From Anaerolineales bacterium (GTDB lineage Bacteria; Chloroflexota; Anaerolineae; Anaerolineales; Villigracilaceae): a stretch of 58,051 bases of DNA. Positions 9,449-19,617 of the stretch are shown here, piece by piece. A program made the translations under genes and the position numbers. The stretch is from assembly GCA_035466615.1 (NCBI GenBank), contig DATIUT010000018.1, positions 1 through 58,051 on the forward strand. Direction: 5' to 3'. A model generated the notes under the pieces. The model did no database searches. It had not been told where the DNA came from and saw only the letters and a list, made by a program, of their open reading frames with translations. The stretch's first letter is position 1; every line of letters starts with the position of its first letter.

Positions 9449-9880
9449 ATCAACGTACTCGAATAAATTTCCAACGTGCTCACACAAGGTATCATCCAAG
9501 ACCAGCGCAGATTTTTCTCTTGCCACCCGCACGTGTTTTGTCTCTTGGAGCATATACTTGATCCGACGATCATTGGCCTGATCTTCTAGCCAGAGGTCTT
9601 TCGAGAAGTAGCGCAATAAGTTGGTCTTGTCGGAACTTTCTATCACGTAACGTGTACTATTCGCCATGCTCTTATTGGGCAATACCATCAAACCCGTCAG
9701 GTAGTTCTCAAAGTGCCGAAACTGGCAGCGGTTCTCAAATAAATCCCGGAATTCTTCCGCACGCGTTTTCACCAGTGGCGCAGGTGTGATCATTGGAAGT
9801 TGCATCGTTTTTCCAGCGAGTAGATTTCGCTCAGGGCATCACATTTATGATGAAAACACTAAAATACAACTATCGAGTGA
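9449..9880 (-). mobile_element. IS701-like transposase 5' remnant, truncated
   Basis: MQLPMITPAPLV...FRHFENYLTGLMVLPNKSMAN...ALVLDDTLCEHVGNLFEYVD (first catalytic DD), then the sequence switches abruptly to ISH3-like; start at 9805. Confidence 0.72.
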
Positions 9881-9889
9881 ACAGGAAAC

Positions 9890-10780
9890 CTATCTTTCCC
9901 ACCTCGCATACACCGCCTGAGAGAGCAACCTTCCCGCGCTTTGTTCGCGTGTGACCAGTTCACCCATCTCGACTTTTCCCCCGAAACCTTCCATCATATC
10001 TTCCATCGCCTGCGCCACATGGATCGCTGAGGCGCGCACGGCGTAAATTGTTGTTACGACGAACAGGGGATTATTGCTCAAACATTCGCGGCATGCTTCC
10101 AATAAATTCGGCAGGGACTTATACACTTCCCACACTTCGCCTTTGGGCCCGCGCCCGAATTTGGGCGGGTCAAGGATAATGCCATCGTATTTCACGCCTC
10201 GCTTTGCCTCGCGCTGGACGAATTTCAGCGCATCGTCCACGATCCAGCGGATGGGCTTCTCTGTCAGGTTGGACAAAGCCTGGTTTTCACGCGCCCAGAT
10301 CACGGATTTCTTCGAAGCGTCCACATGAGTCACTTTGGCGCCGGCGGACGCAGCAGCAAGGGTGGCAAGTCCTGTATATCCAAATAAGTTCAAAACGTTA
10401 ATTTCTCTTTTTGCGTTTGCGATCAAGCCGCTGAACCAGTCCCAATGTGCGGCGACTTCGGGGAATACACCCAAATGACGGCCGGGCGTTGTCATTGCTT
10501 TGAATGTAATACCCGTTGCAGAGTGGGGAAGTGGATAATGCATGTCCCATTTTTCGTCCACCTTCTTTTTGAAATCCCAGTGTCCGCCGCTTTCCTCGCC
10601 GCTGGGGATGAAGACAGCGTCCACATTCCTCCATTCGGAATGGAGCGAACGCCTCCACATTGCCTGTGATTCGGGTCTTGCGAAGAGGTATTTCCCGAAG
10701 CGCTCGAGTTTTAACCCGTCACCGCTATCGAGCAGGGCATAATCTTTCCAATTTTTGGCTTCAAGCAAGGTGATATACAT
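9890..10780 (-). CDS. Class I SAM-dependent methyltransferase, RlmI/RlmK-like (short form)
   Basis: YALLDSGDGLKLERFG, VLNLFGYTG, VDASKKS, IILDPPKFG. Confidence 0.9.
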   Translation of the reverse strand: MYITLLEAKNWKDYALLDSGDGLKLERFGKYLFARPESQAMWRRSLHSEWRNVDAVFIPSGEESGGHWDFKKKVDEKWDMHYPLPHSATGITFKAMTTPGRHLGVFPEVAAHWDWFSGLIANAKREINVLNLFGYTGLATLAAASAGAKVTHVDASKKSVIWARENQALSNLTEKPIRWIVDDALKFVQREAKRGVKYDGIILDPPKFGRGPKGEVWEVYKSLPNLLEACRECLSNNPLFVVTTIYAVRASAIHVAQAMEDMMEGFGGKVEMGELVTREQSAGRLLSQAVYARWER

Positions 10781-10842
10781 AGAATGACCATAATGTGGGT
10801 GGTAATAAAGTCCTAATTATGCGACAAACAGGCTATCTCTAC

Positions 10843-10895
10843 TTGATTTTTCCCTCGAAAAGCGTATAATGTGGGAAGAAATGGTAGGAAGTGGT
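10843..10895 (+). promoter_or_regulatory. dcw (mraZ) sigma70-type promoter with MraZ-box direct repeats
   Basis: TTGATT 10843-48, 16 nt spacer, TATAAT 10865-70, then GTGGG/ATGGT/GTGGT at a 10-nt period (10871, 10881, 10891), like known MraZ binding repeats. Confidence 0.75.
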
Positions 10896-10954
10896 AAATA
10901 CTTGTAAGACGCCGGTCACCCGGCGTTCGTCTCTTAAAAGGAATTGTAGCACAA

Positions 10955-11407
10955 ATGTTCTTAGGCCAGTTCCAGCACAATCTCGATGATAAAGGGCGCC
11001 TGATGGTTCCGGCGCGTTATCGCGACTTGCTGGCGGCTGGCGCCTTCATCACACAGGGCTTCGATAAATGCCTGATGGTGATGACGGATGCATACTTCAA
11101 ACAGGTTTATGAGCGCATCAACAACATGAACCTTGCGGATCCAGCCGCACGCATGGTGCGCCGTTTAATCCTTTCCAACGCTTATCCCGTTGAAGTGGAT
11201 AAAGTCGGGCGCATCCTTGTTCCGCAAAACCTGCGTGAATTCCTCGGCATCGTCAGCGGGGAACTCACAGTGGCGGGGCAGGGTGACTACTTTGAAGTTT
11301 GGACTCCTGTGGAATGGAAGTCCCAAACGGACAAACTGCAGGATGTGGAAGCCAACGAACAACGCTTCTCCACGCTCGACCTTTCAAAGAACGTTTCGTC
11401 GTCATAA
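10955..11407 (+). CDS. mraZ: Division/cell-wall cluster transcriptional repressor MraZ
   Basis: MFLGQFQHNLDDKGRLMVP and VDKVGRILVP; first gene of the dcw cluster. Confidence 0.97.
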   Translation: MFLGQFQHNLDDKGRLMVPARYRDLLAAGAFITQGFDKCLMVMTDAYFKQVYERINNMNLADPAARMVRRLILSNAYPVEVDKVGRILVPQNLREFLGIVSGELTVAGQGDYFEVWTPVEWKSQTDKLQDVEANEQRFSTLDLSKNVSSS

Positions 11408-11428
11408 TGACGACCGTTGGTCGCCGTT

Positions 11429-12352
11429 ATGAATGACTCATCGCATCAACCTGTACTTTACAAAGAGATTATACACGCGTTGCAACCCAGACAAGGCGGG
11501 CGCTATGTGGACGGAACTCTCGGCGCGGGCGGCCATGCCCGCGGCGTTTTGGAGGCGTGTGCGCCAGATGGACAATTGCTGGGGCTCGATGTGGACCCGC
11601 AGGCGTTGGTGATCGCTCGTAAGACCTTGGCTCCTTACGAACATCGCATTCATCTGGCGCAAGCCTCCTACACGACCCTGTCTGCGCAACTGAAGAGCCT
11701 GCAATGGGATTCGGTTGATGGGATCGTCCTCGACCTCGGCGCATCGTCCATGCAGTTCGATACGCCCGAACGCGGCTTTTCCTTCATGCAGGATGCCCCG
11801 CTCGACATGCGCTTCGGTCCCCACGCCATGCAGACCGCCGCCGACATCGTGAACAGTTATTCAGAACGGGAACTGGCTGACTTGATCTACGAATACGGCG
11901 AAGAACGGGACTCCCGCAAAATCGCGCGAGCCATTGTCAAAGCGAGACCGCTTCACACGACCCGTGAACTGGCGGCTGTGATCGAAACCGTATCTCCCCG
12001 ACGAGGAGGCCGAGTCCACCCCGCGACACGAACGTTTCAAGCCTTGCGCATTGCGGTGAACGAGGAACTATCTTCGATAGAGTCGGTGCTTCCGCAGGCG
12101 GTGGCAGGCTTACGGTGCGGTGGAAGACTCGCAGTAATTTCCTTCCACTCGCTGGAGGATCGCATCGTCAAGGAGTTCTTTCGAAGTCAAAGCAGGGATT
12201 TGATCAATCCGCCCTACGAAAGAATTTATGAAGAAGAACGCAATGCTGTATTGAAAGAGGTAAATCGAAAACCAATTTTGCCCTCGGAGGAAGAAACGAA
12301 AGACAATCCGAGAGCGCGCAGTGCGAAATTGCGCATTGCCGAAAAAATGTAA
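11429..12352 (+). CDS. rsmH: 16S rRNA m4C1402 methyltransferase
   Basis: HQPVL, DGTLGAGGHA, DLGASSMQFD, FQALRIAVNEEL, NPRARSAKLR. Confidence 0.97.
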   Translation: MNDSSHQPVLYKEIIHALQPRQGGRYVDGTLGAGGHARGVLEACAPDGQLLGLDVDPQALVIARKTLAPYEHRIHLAQASYTTLSAQLKSLQWDSVDGIVLDLGASSMQFDTPERGFSFMQDAPLDMRFGPHAMQTAADIVNSYSERELADLIYEYGEERDSRKIARAIVKARPLHTTRELAAVIETVSPRRGGRVHPATRTFQALRIAVNEELSSIESVLPQAVAGLRCGGRLAVISFHSLEDRIVKEFFRSQSRDLINPPYERIYEEERNAVLKEVNRKPILPSEEETKDNPRARSAKLRIAEKM

Positions 12353-12403
12353 CGATATTCCATGTGAATGTCACCGACCATTCGCCCAAATAAAAAGGTC
12401 GTC

Positions 12404-12862
12404 ATGCAGGCAACACAGATCATCCATGCTTATAAACAGGCCCCTTGGCGTGTTCAGCGCCAGTATGTTGGCGCGTTCCTGCTTGCAGTGATCGTGCTGG
12501 CATTGGTTGCCGCGTTATACCTTGACCTCTCCGCCCGCACCGCATTGACCGGGCGTGAAATACAGGAATTGCAGGTTGAGATCACGATATTGCAGCGCTC
12601 CAACGCCGATCTTGTAACAGAACTCGCCAGCCTTACTGCTTCGGCTGTGATGCAACAACGCGCGCTTGAGTTGGGATATCGTCCTGTAAAGCCCGGCGAA
12701 CTCGATTATGTTTTCGTGCCCGGTTATGTAACTCCTGAACCTGCCATCCTGCTCGCGGCAGTGGATGAAACCTTCCATCCCAATGCACTTCCAGAAGAAT
12801 ATTCACAATCCCTGCTCGAATGGCTGGATGAGCGCGTCGAACCTCGGAGAGGCATGCAATGA
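12404..12862 (+). CDS. ftsL: FtsL-like cell division protein
   Basis: Lies between rsmH and ftsI; one TM followed by a coiled coil and RALELGY. Confidence 0.65.
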   Translation: MQATQIIHAYKQAPWRVQRQYVGAFLLAVIVLALVAALYLDLSARTALTGREIQELQVEITILQRSNADLVTELASLTASAVMQQRALELGYRPVKPGELDYVFVPGYVTPEPAILLAAVDETFHPNALPEEYSQSLLEWLDERVEPRRGMQ

Positions 12863-14595
12863 GACAACAATATGCCATCCGCTCTATGGTCATCGTGATC
12901 GGGCTTGTGATCATCGGGGTGGGGGTCATCGTGCAGATGGTCCGTATTCAAAACAGCGAGCAGGCAAAAATATTCCTTTCACAAGGCGACCAGTATGCCG
13001 GTGAATTCCGTATGTTCCACCCGGAGCGCGGCGAGATCTATGATCGGAATGGCCACCTGCTGGCTGGCAACCGAACGGTCTATGAAGTGGGTGTGAGCCT
13101 GACTGAGATGAAGGATGCGGACGCGATGTCCTATATCCTTGGCACATACCTGAACATGACCTTCGAGGAAGTCCGGGATAAACTTGTCAATTCCCCTGGC
13201 GATTGGACATATATTGTGGTCAAGGATTATGTGGATGCGGAAACGGTCGCCGCGTTACAGCAGGTCCTCAAGCAGTTGGATGACGCAGACGATGACCGCC
13301 TGAACGGACTTGGGTTCAAACCGCACTTCCAGCGCAGTTATCCCGAAATGACCCTTGCATCGAATGTGCTCGGTTTTGTCACACGCGATGGGCATGGTTA
13401 CTTTGGCATTGAAGAGAAATACAATGACCTGCTTGCGGGCATCCCTGTGCAGGTGTGGGTACCGCGCGATCCAAACAAAGCCGTTGACATTCCGAAGGTC
13501 CCCAACGGAACGACACTTGTCCTTACTTTGAACCGGGACCTTCAGGCGAAGGTCGAGAACATCCTCGATCAGTCGCTGTTGGAGTATGGGGCGAAGAATG
13601 GCACGATCATCGTCATGGACCCGAAGACCGGCGACATCCTTGCCATGGCAAGCACTCCGCGCATGAATTTGAACAACTATACCGATTATTTCCAGATCTA
13701 TGACAATGGCAGTCAATATAACCGCTCCATTGGCATGGCATATGAAGCAGGTTCGGTTGTCAAAGTCCTGACCATGGCGGCCGCGCTCGATACCGGTACC
13801 GTGACCCCTGAAACAACCTACATTGATACCGGCTCGATCGATGTGGGCGGCATCACCATCCAAAACTGGGACCGCAAACCCTGGGGCCAGCGCAACATGA
13901 CGGAATGCCTGCAACATTCGCTGAACGTCTGTCTGGCATGGGTCGCCACCGAAATGGGTTCGCAAAATTTCTACTCTTATATGGAACATTTCGGTCTGGG
14001 TCATCCCACGGGCATAGACCTCTCCGGTGAAGCAATGGGCAGGCTCAAGATCCCGGGTGACTCGGACTGGTATCCCGTTGACCTTGGCACAAATGCCTTT
14101 GGTCAGGGCGTCACGGTCACGCCATTGCAAATGTTGATGGCTGTCTCTGCCATTGCGAACGATGGGCAGATGGTCACGCCGCATGTGCTGTATGCGATGC
14201 TCCGTGATGGACATCAATATAATGTGCCATCTCAATATGCCGGTTCGCCCATCTCCGAGCAGACCGCACGCACGCTCAGTGAGATGCTCGCTGTTTCGTT
14301 GGAATCTGAATCAACAAACGCGCTCCTGGCCGGTTACCGCGTGGCGGGTAAAACAGGAACTGCGCAGATTCCCACAGAGTATGGTTACGACCCCAATCAC
14401 ACCAACGTTTCGTTCATCGGCTGGGGTCCTGTGGACGACCCGCAGTTCATGATCTACATCTGGCTCCAGGAACCGACAACCTCCATCTGGAGTTCACAGA
14501 CTGCCGCCCCCGTTTTTTCAACAGTTGCCGAACAGACCGTCATCACGCTCAACATCCCCCCCGATCTGGTTCGCAACCAATACGGATCACGTTAA
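12859..14595 (+). CDS. ftsI: Class B penicillin-binding protein (FtsI)
   Basis: RGEIYDRNG, SVVK (SxxK), SLN (SxN), GKTGTAQ. Confidence 0.92.
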   Translation: MRQQYAIRSMVIVIGLVIIGVGVIVQMVRIQNSEQAKIFLSQGDQYAGEFRMFHPERGEIYDRNGHLLAGNRTVYEVGVSLTEMKDADAMSYILGTYLNMTFEEVRDKLVNSPGDWTYIVVKDYVDAETVAALQQVLKQLDDADDDRLNGLGFKPHFQRSYPEMTLASNVLGFVTRDGHGYFGIEEKYNDLLAGIPVQVWVPRDPNKAVDIPKVPNGTTLVLTLNRDLQAKVENILDQSLLEYGAKNGTIIVMDPKTGDILAMASTPRMNLNNYTDYFQIYDNGSQYNRSIGMAYEAGSVVKVLTMAAALDTGTVTPETTYIDTGSIDVGGITIQNWDRKPWGQRNMTECLQHSLNVCLAWVATEMGSQNFYSYMEHFGLGHPTGIDLSGEAMGRLKIPGDSDWYPVDLGTNAFGQGVTVTPLQMLMAVSAIANDGQMVTPHVLYAMLRDGHQYNVPSQYAGSPISEQTARTLSEMLAVSLESESTNALLAGYRVAGKTGTAQIPTEYGYDPNHTNVSFIGWGPVDDPQFMIYIWLQEPTTSIWSSQTAAPVFSTVAEQTVITLNIPPDLVRNQYGSR

Positions 14596-16019
14596 TGCTT
14601 ACACTTGCTGACGCGCTCGAAGCCCTCACGACTTTTCGCCCGCAATCCGAAACGGTCATCACTGAAGCGGTGATCGATTCGCGTCAGACCATCCCCGGCT
14701 CATTGTTTGTTGCTGTCCCCGGCGAAAAAGCGGATGGGCATGATTTCGTTGGCGAGGCGCTCAAGCGCGGGGCCTCTTTTGCTTTGATCCAGCAGGATAT
14801 GGACGCCTCTTTCCGGACCTTCGACCTGCGTTCTGTTTCATCAGCCGACTCCTATGTGGGAGTCGATTTCTCCATTCCATTGTGCCTGCGTGTGGACAAT
14901 ACTGTTGCCGCGTTACAGCAAATTGCGCGTTTCTGGCGTCGCAAACTGAATCTGCGTGTGGTCGGCATTACAGGCAGTGTGGGCAAATCCACAACAAAGG
15001 AAATGGTTGCCGAAGTGTTGAGCACGCGTTATCGCACACTCAAAAGCCCGGGCAACCTCAACAACGAGGTCGGCCTCCCGTTAACAATGACGCGCTTAAG
15101 TCATGGTCACCAGCGCGCCGTAATGGAGATGGGATTCTATGTTCCTGGCGAGATCGCCTTCCTCTGCGATATTGCCCTTCCACAGGTGGGCGTGGTGACG
15201 AATGTTGGAACCGTCCATGCGGAACGCGCCGGTTCGCAGGAAGCCATCGCACGCGGAAAAGCGGAACTGGTTCAGGCATTGCCTCCGGCTCCGGATGGCG
15301 TGGCAATCCTCAATTTCGATGACCCGTGGGTTCGCAAGATGGAGGAAAAGACAAAGGCGCGCGTCTTTTTCTATGGTTTGTCTCCCGAAGCACATCTCTG
15401 GGCGGACCGGGTTGAAGGGCTTGGTCTGGAAGGCATCCGCTTCCGGATGCATTATCAGGGTGAGACCCTGCATGTAAAGATTCCCCTGATTGGGCGTCAC
15501 TCAGTGCATACGGCTTTGCGTGCTGCCGCAGTCGGTTTGGTCGAGAATATGAACTGGCAGGAAATCCTCGAAGGTTTGAGCCAGGGACACACACAATTGC
15601 GCCTCGTCGCTGTCCGCAGTGAGGGCGGCGCATTACTGCTTGATGATACATACAACGCCTCACCGGAATCCATGCTCGCGGCATTGAACTTGCTCGACGA
15701 ATTGGATGGACGCAAGGTGGCTGTGCTGGGCGACATGCTCGAACTTGGCCCTTATGAACGCGGCGGCCATGAAAAGGTCGGTCTGCGTGCGGGGCAGGTG
15801 GTGGATGTTCTGCTCACACTCGGCGAACGCGCGCACATCATTGCCGAAGCCGCCCGCCGTGGGAACGGGAAGAAGAAAATAATTATGGAATTCGATGAGT
15901 TGGAACCGGTCGTGGAGTGGCTGAGAACCGCTCTCACCAGCAAGGATGTTGTTCTAATCAAGGGTTCGCATGGACTTCGCATGGACCGCATCACCAGTGC
16001 ATTGGAGGTGCATTCATGA
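14595..16019 (+). CDS. murF: UDP-MurNAc-tripeptide--D-Ala-D-Ala ligase
   Basis: DSR, GITGSVGKSTTKE, NLNNEVGLP, DDTYNASPES, VLGDMLELG, IKGS. Confidence 0.95.
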   Translation: MLTLADALEALTTFRPQSETVITEAVIDSRQTIPGSLFVAVPGEKADGHDFVGEALKRGASFALIQQDMDASFRTFDLRSVSSADSYVGVDFSIPLCLRVDNTVAALQQIARFWRRKLNLRVVGITGSVGKSTTKEMVAEVLSTRYRTLKSPGNLNNEVGLPLTMTRLSHGHQRAVMEMGFYVPGEIAFLCDIALPQVGVVTNVGTVHAERAGSQEAIARGKAELVQALPPAPDGVAILNFDDPWVRKMEEKTKARVFFYGLSPEAHLWADRVEGLGLEGIRFRMHYQGETLHVKIPLIGRHSVHTALRAAAVGLVENMNWQEILEGLSQGHTQLRLVAVRSEGGALLLDDTYNASPESMLAALNLLDELDGRKVAVLGDMLELGPYERGGHEKVGLRAGQVVDVLLTLGERAHIIAEAARRGNGKKKIIMEFDELEPVVEWLRTALTSKDVVLIKGSHGLRMDRITSALEVHS

Positions 16020-17011
16020 CGCAGAATAATGCCTTTGTTCTGGGCCTCGCCATGTTCTCCTTTGTAATGACGGTGATCTGGGGCACGCCCCTGCTCCGCG
16101 TCCTGCGGCATTTCAGGGTTGGCAAGATCATCCGCGTGGAGGAACCGGACCAGCATCGTGTAAAGATGGGCACGCCCACGATGGGCGGCATCCTCTTCAT
16201 TATCCCCGTCCTTCTGCTCACGGGTTTACTCAATGCCGCGGTGTTGATCGGTCTCGAAGTGATTGGACGTTCAGTGCTGGTGCCCTTAATCGTGCTTGTG
16301 ATTTATGCAGTGCTTGGCGGAATTGATGATTGGGAGGGTGTTCGCGGGAAGCGTCGCGGCGAGGGGATGCGCGCACGTACGAAGTTTGCCGCCCAGGTTG
16401 TTATGGCTCTTGGCACTGCCTACGTTTTAAAGTACTTCCTGGATGTACCTGAAATGATCCTGCCGGGCATCAAAGGTGAGATCGAATTGGGCTGGTGGTA
16501 CGTTCTCATTGCGGCGTTCATCATCGTCAGCGAATCGAACGCGATCAACTTTACCGACGGGCTGGATGGCCTTGCAGGCTTGATCTCTGCCACCGCATTC
16601 GTCGCATTCGGTGGCATCGCCCTCATGCAGAACCAGCCTTACCTTGCCCGTTTTTGCTTTACGGTCGTTGGCGCGCTGTTCGGTTTTTTATGGTTCAACG
16701 TACATCCTGCCGAACTGATCATGGGTGATACCGGCTCTCTTTCGCTTGGCGCGACTTTGGCTGTGGTCGCATTGATGACAGGACAATGGCCGTTGTTGCT
16801 TGTCATTGGCATCATCCCTTTGAGCGAGGCGTTGAGTGTGGTCATTCAGGTCGGTTATTTCAAACTGACAAAGGGCAAACGCTTCTTCAAGATGGCCCCC
16901 ATCCATTTGCATTTTGAGCTTCTCGGATGGAGTGAAACACAGGTCGTGCAACGTTTCTGGCTGATTGCCCTGCTTGCCGCAATGGTTGGCATAGGATTGG
17001 CTTTGGTGTAG
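16016..17011 (+). CDS. mraY: Phospho-N-acetylmuramoyl-pentapeptide transferase
   Basis: KMGTPTMGG, NFTDGLDGL, MGDTGS, FKMAPIHLHFE; ATGA coupling with murF. Confidence 0.96.
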   Translation: MTQNNAFVLGLAMFSFVMTVIWGTPLLRVLRHFRVGKIIRVEEPDQHRVKMGTPTMGGILFIIPVLLLTGLLNAAVLIGLEVIGRSVLVPLIVLVIYAVLGGIDDWEGVRGKRRGEGMRARTKFAAQVVMALGTAYVLKYFLDVPEMILPGIKGEIELGWWYVLIAAFIIVSESNAINFTDGLDGLAGLISATAFVAFGGIALMQNQPYLARFCFTVVGALFGFLWFNVHPAELIMGDTGSLSLGATLAVVALMTGQWPLLLVIGIIPLSEALSVVIQVGYFKLTKGKRFFKMAPIHLHFELLGWSETQVVQRFWLIALLAAMVGIGLALV

Positions 17012-18391
17012 ATGATGAAAGACTGGAATGGCAGACGCGTTTTGATTTTGGGAGCCGCCCGTCAGGGGCTAGCCCTGGCGCGCTGGCTTTCTGTTCAAGG
17101 CGCGCGCGTCACTTTGAGCGACATGCGCAGTAAAGACGAATTACGTGTTGCGCGTGAATCGCTGGCAGAACTCGGGATCGTCTGGGCTTTGGGTGGACAT
17201 CCGCTTGAGTTATTGGATTCAACCGATGTGCTTTGTCTCTCCGGGGGAGTTCCGCTCACACTACCGATTGTGGCTGAAGCCGTTTCGAGAGGCATTCCCC
17301 TCTCGAACGACTCGCAGATCTTCATGGAAGTGGTTCCCTGCAAAACGATCGGCATCACTGGTTCGGCAGGCAAGACGACCACAACGACATTGGTCGGAAA
17401 CATGGCAAAAAACGCTTATGGCGACAAGACATATGTTGGCGGCAATATCGGCGACCCGCTTATTAATTATGTCGATGACATGAAAGTGGATGAAGTTGCC
17501 ATCCTTGAGCTTTCATCCTTCCAATTGGATCAGATGACGATCTCGCCAAATGTCGCCGCGATATTGAACATCACGCCGAATCATCTTGACCGGCACGGCA
17601 CGATGGAAGCTTATATTGCCGCGAAGGCACGCATACTTGAATTCCAGTCAAAAAGTGATGTGGCGATCCTCGGGCATGACGATAAAGGAGCATGGAGTTT
17701 ACGAAATAAAGTGAAAGGCAAGTTGTTCACGTTCAGCATGAACGACCTCGATGAAGGTTTGGATGGCGTCTACCAGTACGACGGTCTGTTGAACCTGCGC
17801 GATGGAAATGCGTATTTGCCGTTGATCCTGCGTGAAAAGATCCGGTTGCGCGGTGACCAAAATGTACAAAATGTCCTTGCCGCTTTTGCCATTGGTTATG
17901 CCGCCGGCTTTCCTCTTGATGCAATGCTCGAAGCAGTGGAGGATTTTCGCGGAGTGCCACATCGTTTGGAATTGGTCCGCGAGTTGAAGGGCGTGCGCTG
18001 GTATAACGACTCGACTGCGACTGCCCCCGAGAGGAGCATGGCGGCGATCCGTGCGTTCGAGGAGCCGATCGTTTTATTGCTCGGTGGACGCGATAAGGAT
18101 CTTCCATGGGAAGACTTGATCCAGCTTGCGAATGAACGGGTGGATCATATCGTCCTGTTTGGCGAGGCGGCGGAAAAGATCGAGAAGACGGTGGCAGGCC
18201 TCGGGTCCGGCAAGATGCGTTTTTCTGTCACGCGTGTGGCTGGTCTGCGGGAAGCGGTCCATAAAGCCGCGGAAGTCGCCGAACCGGGTGATGTCGTGCT
18301 ACTTTCACCGGGCGGCACAAGTTTTGATGAGTTCAAGGATTTTGCAGAACGCGGAGAAAGGTTTGGAGCATGGGTGCGAGAACTTTCGTAA
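17012..18391 (+). CDS. murD: UDP-MurNAc-L-Ala--D-glutamate ligase
   Basis: GITGSAGKTTTT, ELSSFQL, NHLDRH, HRLE, YNDS, LLSPGGTSFDEF. Confidence 0.96.
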   Translation: MMKDWNGRRVLILGAARQGLALARWLSVQGARVTLSDMRSKDELRVARESLAELGIVWALGGHPLELLDSTDVLCLSGGVPLTLPIVAEAVSRGIPLSNDSQIFMEVVPCKTIGITGSAGKTTTTTLVGNMAKNAYGDKTYVGGNIGDPLINYVDDMKVDEVAILELSSFQLDQMTISPNVAAILNITPNHLDRHGTMEAYIAAKARILEFQSKSDVAILGHDDKGAWSLRNKVKGKLFTFSMNDLDEGLDGVYQYDGLLNLRDGNAYLPLILREKIRLRGDQNVQNVLAAFAIGYAAGFPLDAMLEAVEDFRGVPHRLELVRELKGVRWYNDSTATAPERSMAAIRAFEEPIVLLLGGRDKDLPWEDLIQLANERVDHIVLFGEAAEKIEKTVAGLGSGKMRFSVTRVAGLREAVHKAAEVAEPGDVVLLSPGGTSFDEFKDFAERGERFGAWVRELS

Positions 18392-19617
18392 ACGATCGTA
18401 TGTCCTTTTCCTTTGCGAGAAATTGGCGGCGCGGCGTGGATATGCCCCTGCTGCTGGTGGTGATTGCCCTGCTCGTATTTGGCCTGCTCATGTTGTATTC
18501 CGCATCGTTCGATTTTTCATTCAATGAATATGGTTCTGCAACTCACATGTTCAACCGTCAGGTGAAATGGCTTGGGCTTGGCATCCTTGCCGCATTCCTG
18601 CTTTCATTGTTTGATTATCACCAGTGGCGGCGGATGGTTTTGCTTGCCATGCTGGGCGCGATAGGTTTGTTGGTCACGGTATTGATTGTCAATGAGATTC
18701 GTTTGGGTGCCTCCCGCACCTTGATCAATGGCTCATATCAACCTTCGGAATTCGCCAAACTGATTGCTGTGATCTACATTGCTGTGTGGTTGTACTCCAA
18801 ACGTCAATTCCTGCATGATGTGACGATTGGCTTGATCCCTCTCGGCGTTATTCTCGGAATCATCGGCGGGTTGATCTACCTTCAACCGGACCTGAGTGCA
18901 GCCGGCACTGTATTGATCCTTGGCAGTTTATTGTTCTTCCTCGCCGGTGCGGATATGAAGCAGATCATGCTCCTGATGATCTTTGCGGTCATCATGGGGT
19001 CGATCGTTGTGCAGTTCAGCATGACAGGACAGGATCGCGTGAGTTCATTCATTGCCGGCTTGCAGGATCCGACCAATGCTTCATATCACGTACGGCGGTC
19101 GTTCGAAGCGATTATTAAAGGCGGCATCTTTGGCGTGGGACTTGGGCAGGCCGATACCAAGTTGACAGGTTTACCCTTTGCACCTACTGACAGTATTTTC
19201 GCTGTTGTGGCAGAGGAACTTGGTTTGTTTGGCTCGTTCATTCTCATGTCCCTGTATGCAATGCTTGTCTGGCGCGGACTTGTGATTGCGCGCCGCGCGC
19301 CGGATATGCTTGGAACACTTCTAGCCTCCGGTATGACGTTTTGGATCGGCATCGAGGCGCTGATCAACATGTCTGTCATGGTTGGTCTCATGCCTTTTGC
19401 AGGGAATGCGTTGCCGTTCATCAGTGCGGGCGGTTCGAATTTGGTCTCGACCCTTTGCGCCATTGGTATCATGTTGAATATATCGCGTCAGAGCAGTGAA
19501 CATGTAAGGATGGAAGAAAACGAATGGAGGTCATTCGGTGCGGTTATTGATTTGCGCCGGAGGAACGGGAGGTGGAGTGTATCCCGCGCTCGCCGTTCAC
19601 AGCGCATTAACGGCTAA
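18370..19617 (+). CDS. ftsW: SEDS peptidoglycan polymerase FtsW
   Basis: QPSEFAK, LQPDL, TDSIFAVVAEELG, LPFISAGGS. Confidence 0.95.
   Translation: MGARTFVNDRMSFSFARNWRRGVDMPLLLVVIALLVFGLLMLYSASFDFSFNEYGSATHMFNRQVKWLGLGILAAFLLSLFDYHQWRRMVLLAMLGAIGLLVTVLIVNEIRLGASRTLINGSYQPSEFAKLIAVIYIAVWLYSKRQFLHDVTIGLIPLGVILGIIGGLIYLQPDLSAAGTVLILGSLLFFLAGADMKQIMLLMIFAVIMGSIVVQFSMTGQDRVSSFIAGLQDPTNASYHVRRSFEAIIKGGIFGVGLGQADTKLTGLPFAPTDSIFAVVAEELGLFGSFILMSLYAMLVWRGLVIARRAPDMLGTLLASGMTFWIGIEALINMSVMVGLMPFAGNALPFISAGGSNLVSTLCAIGIMLNISRQSSEHVRMEENEWRSFGAVIDLRRRNGRWSVSRARRSQRING

Noticed and set aside
13255-14235. Long antisense ORFs (e.g. 13255-14235, 2954-3799, 7039-7809, 43359-44183)
   Set aside because: Shadows of well-supported genes on the opposite strand, with no motifs.
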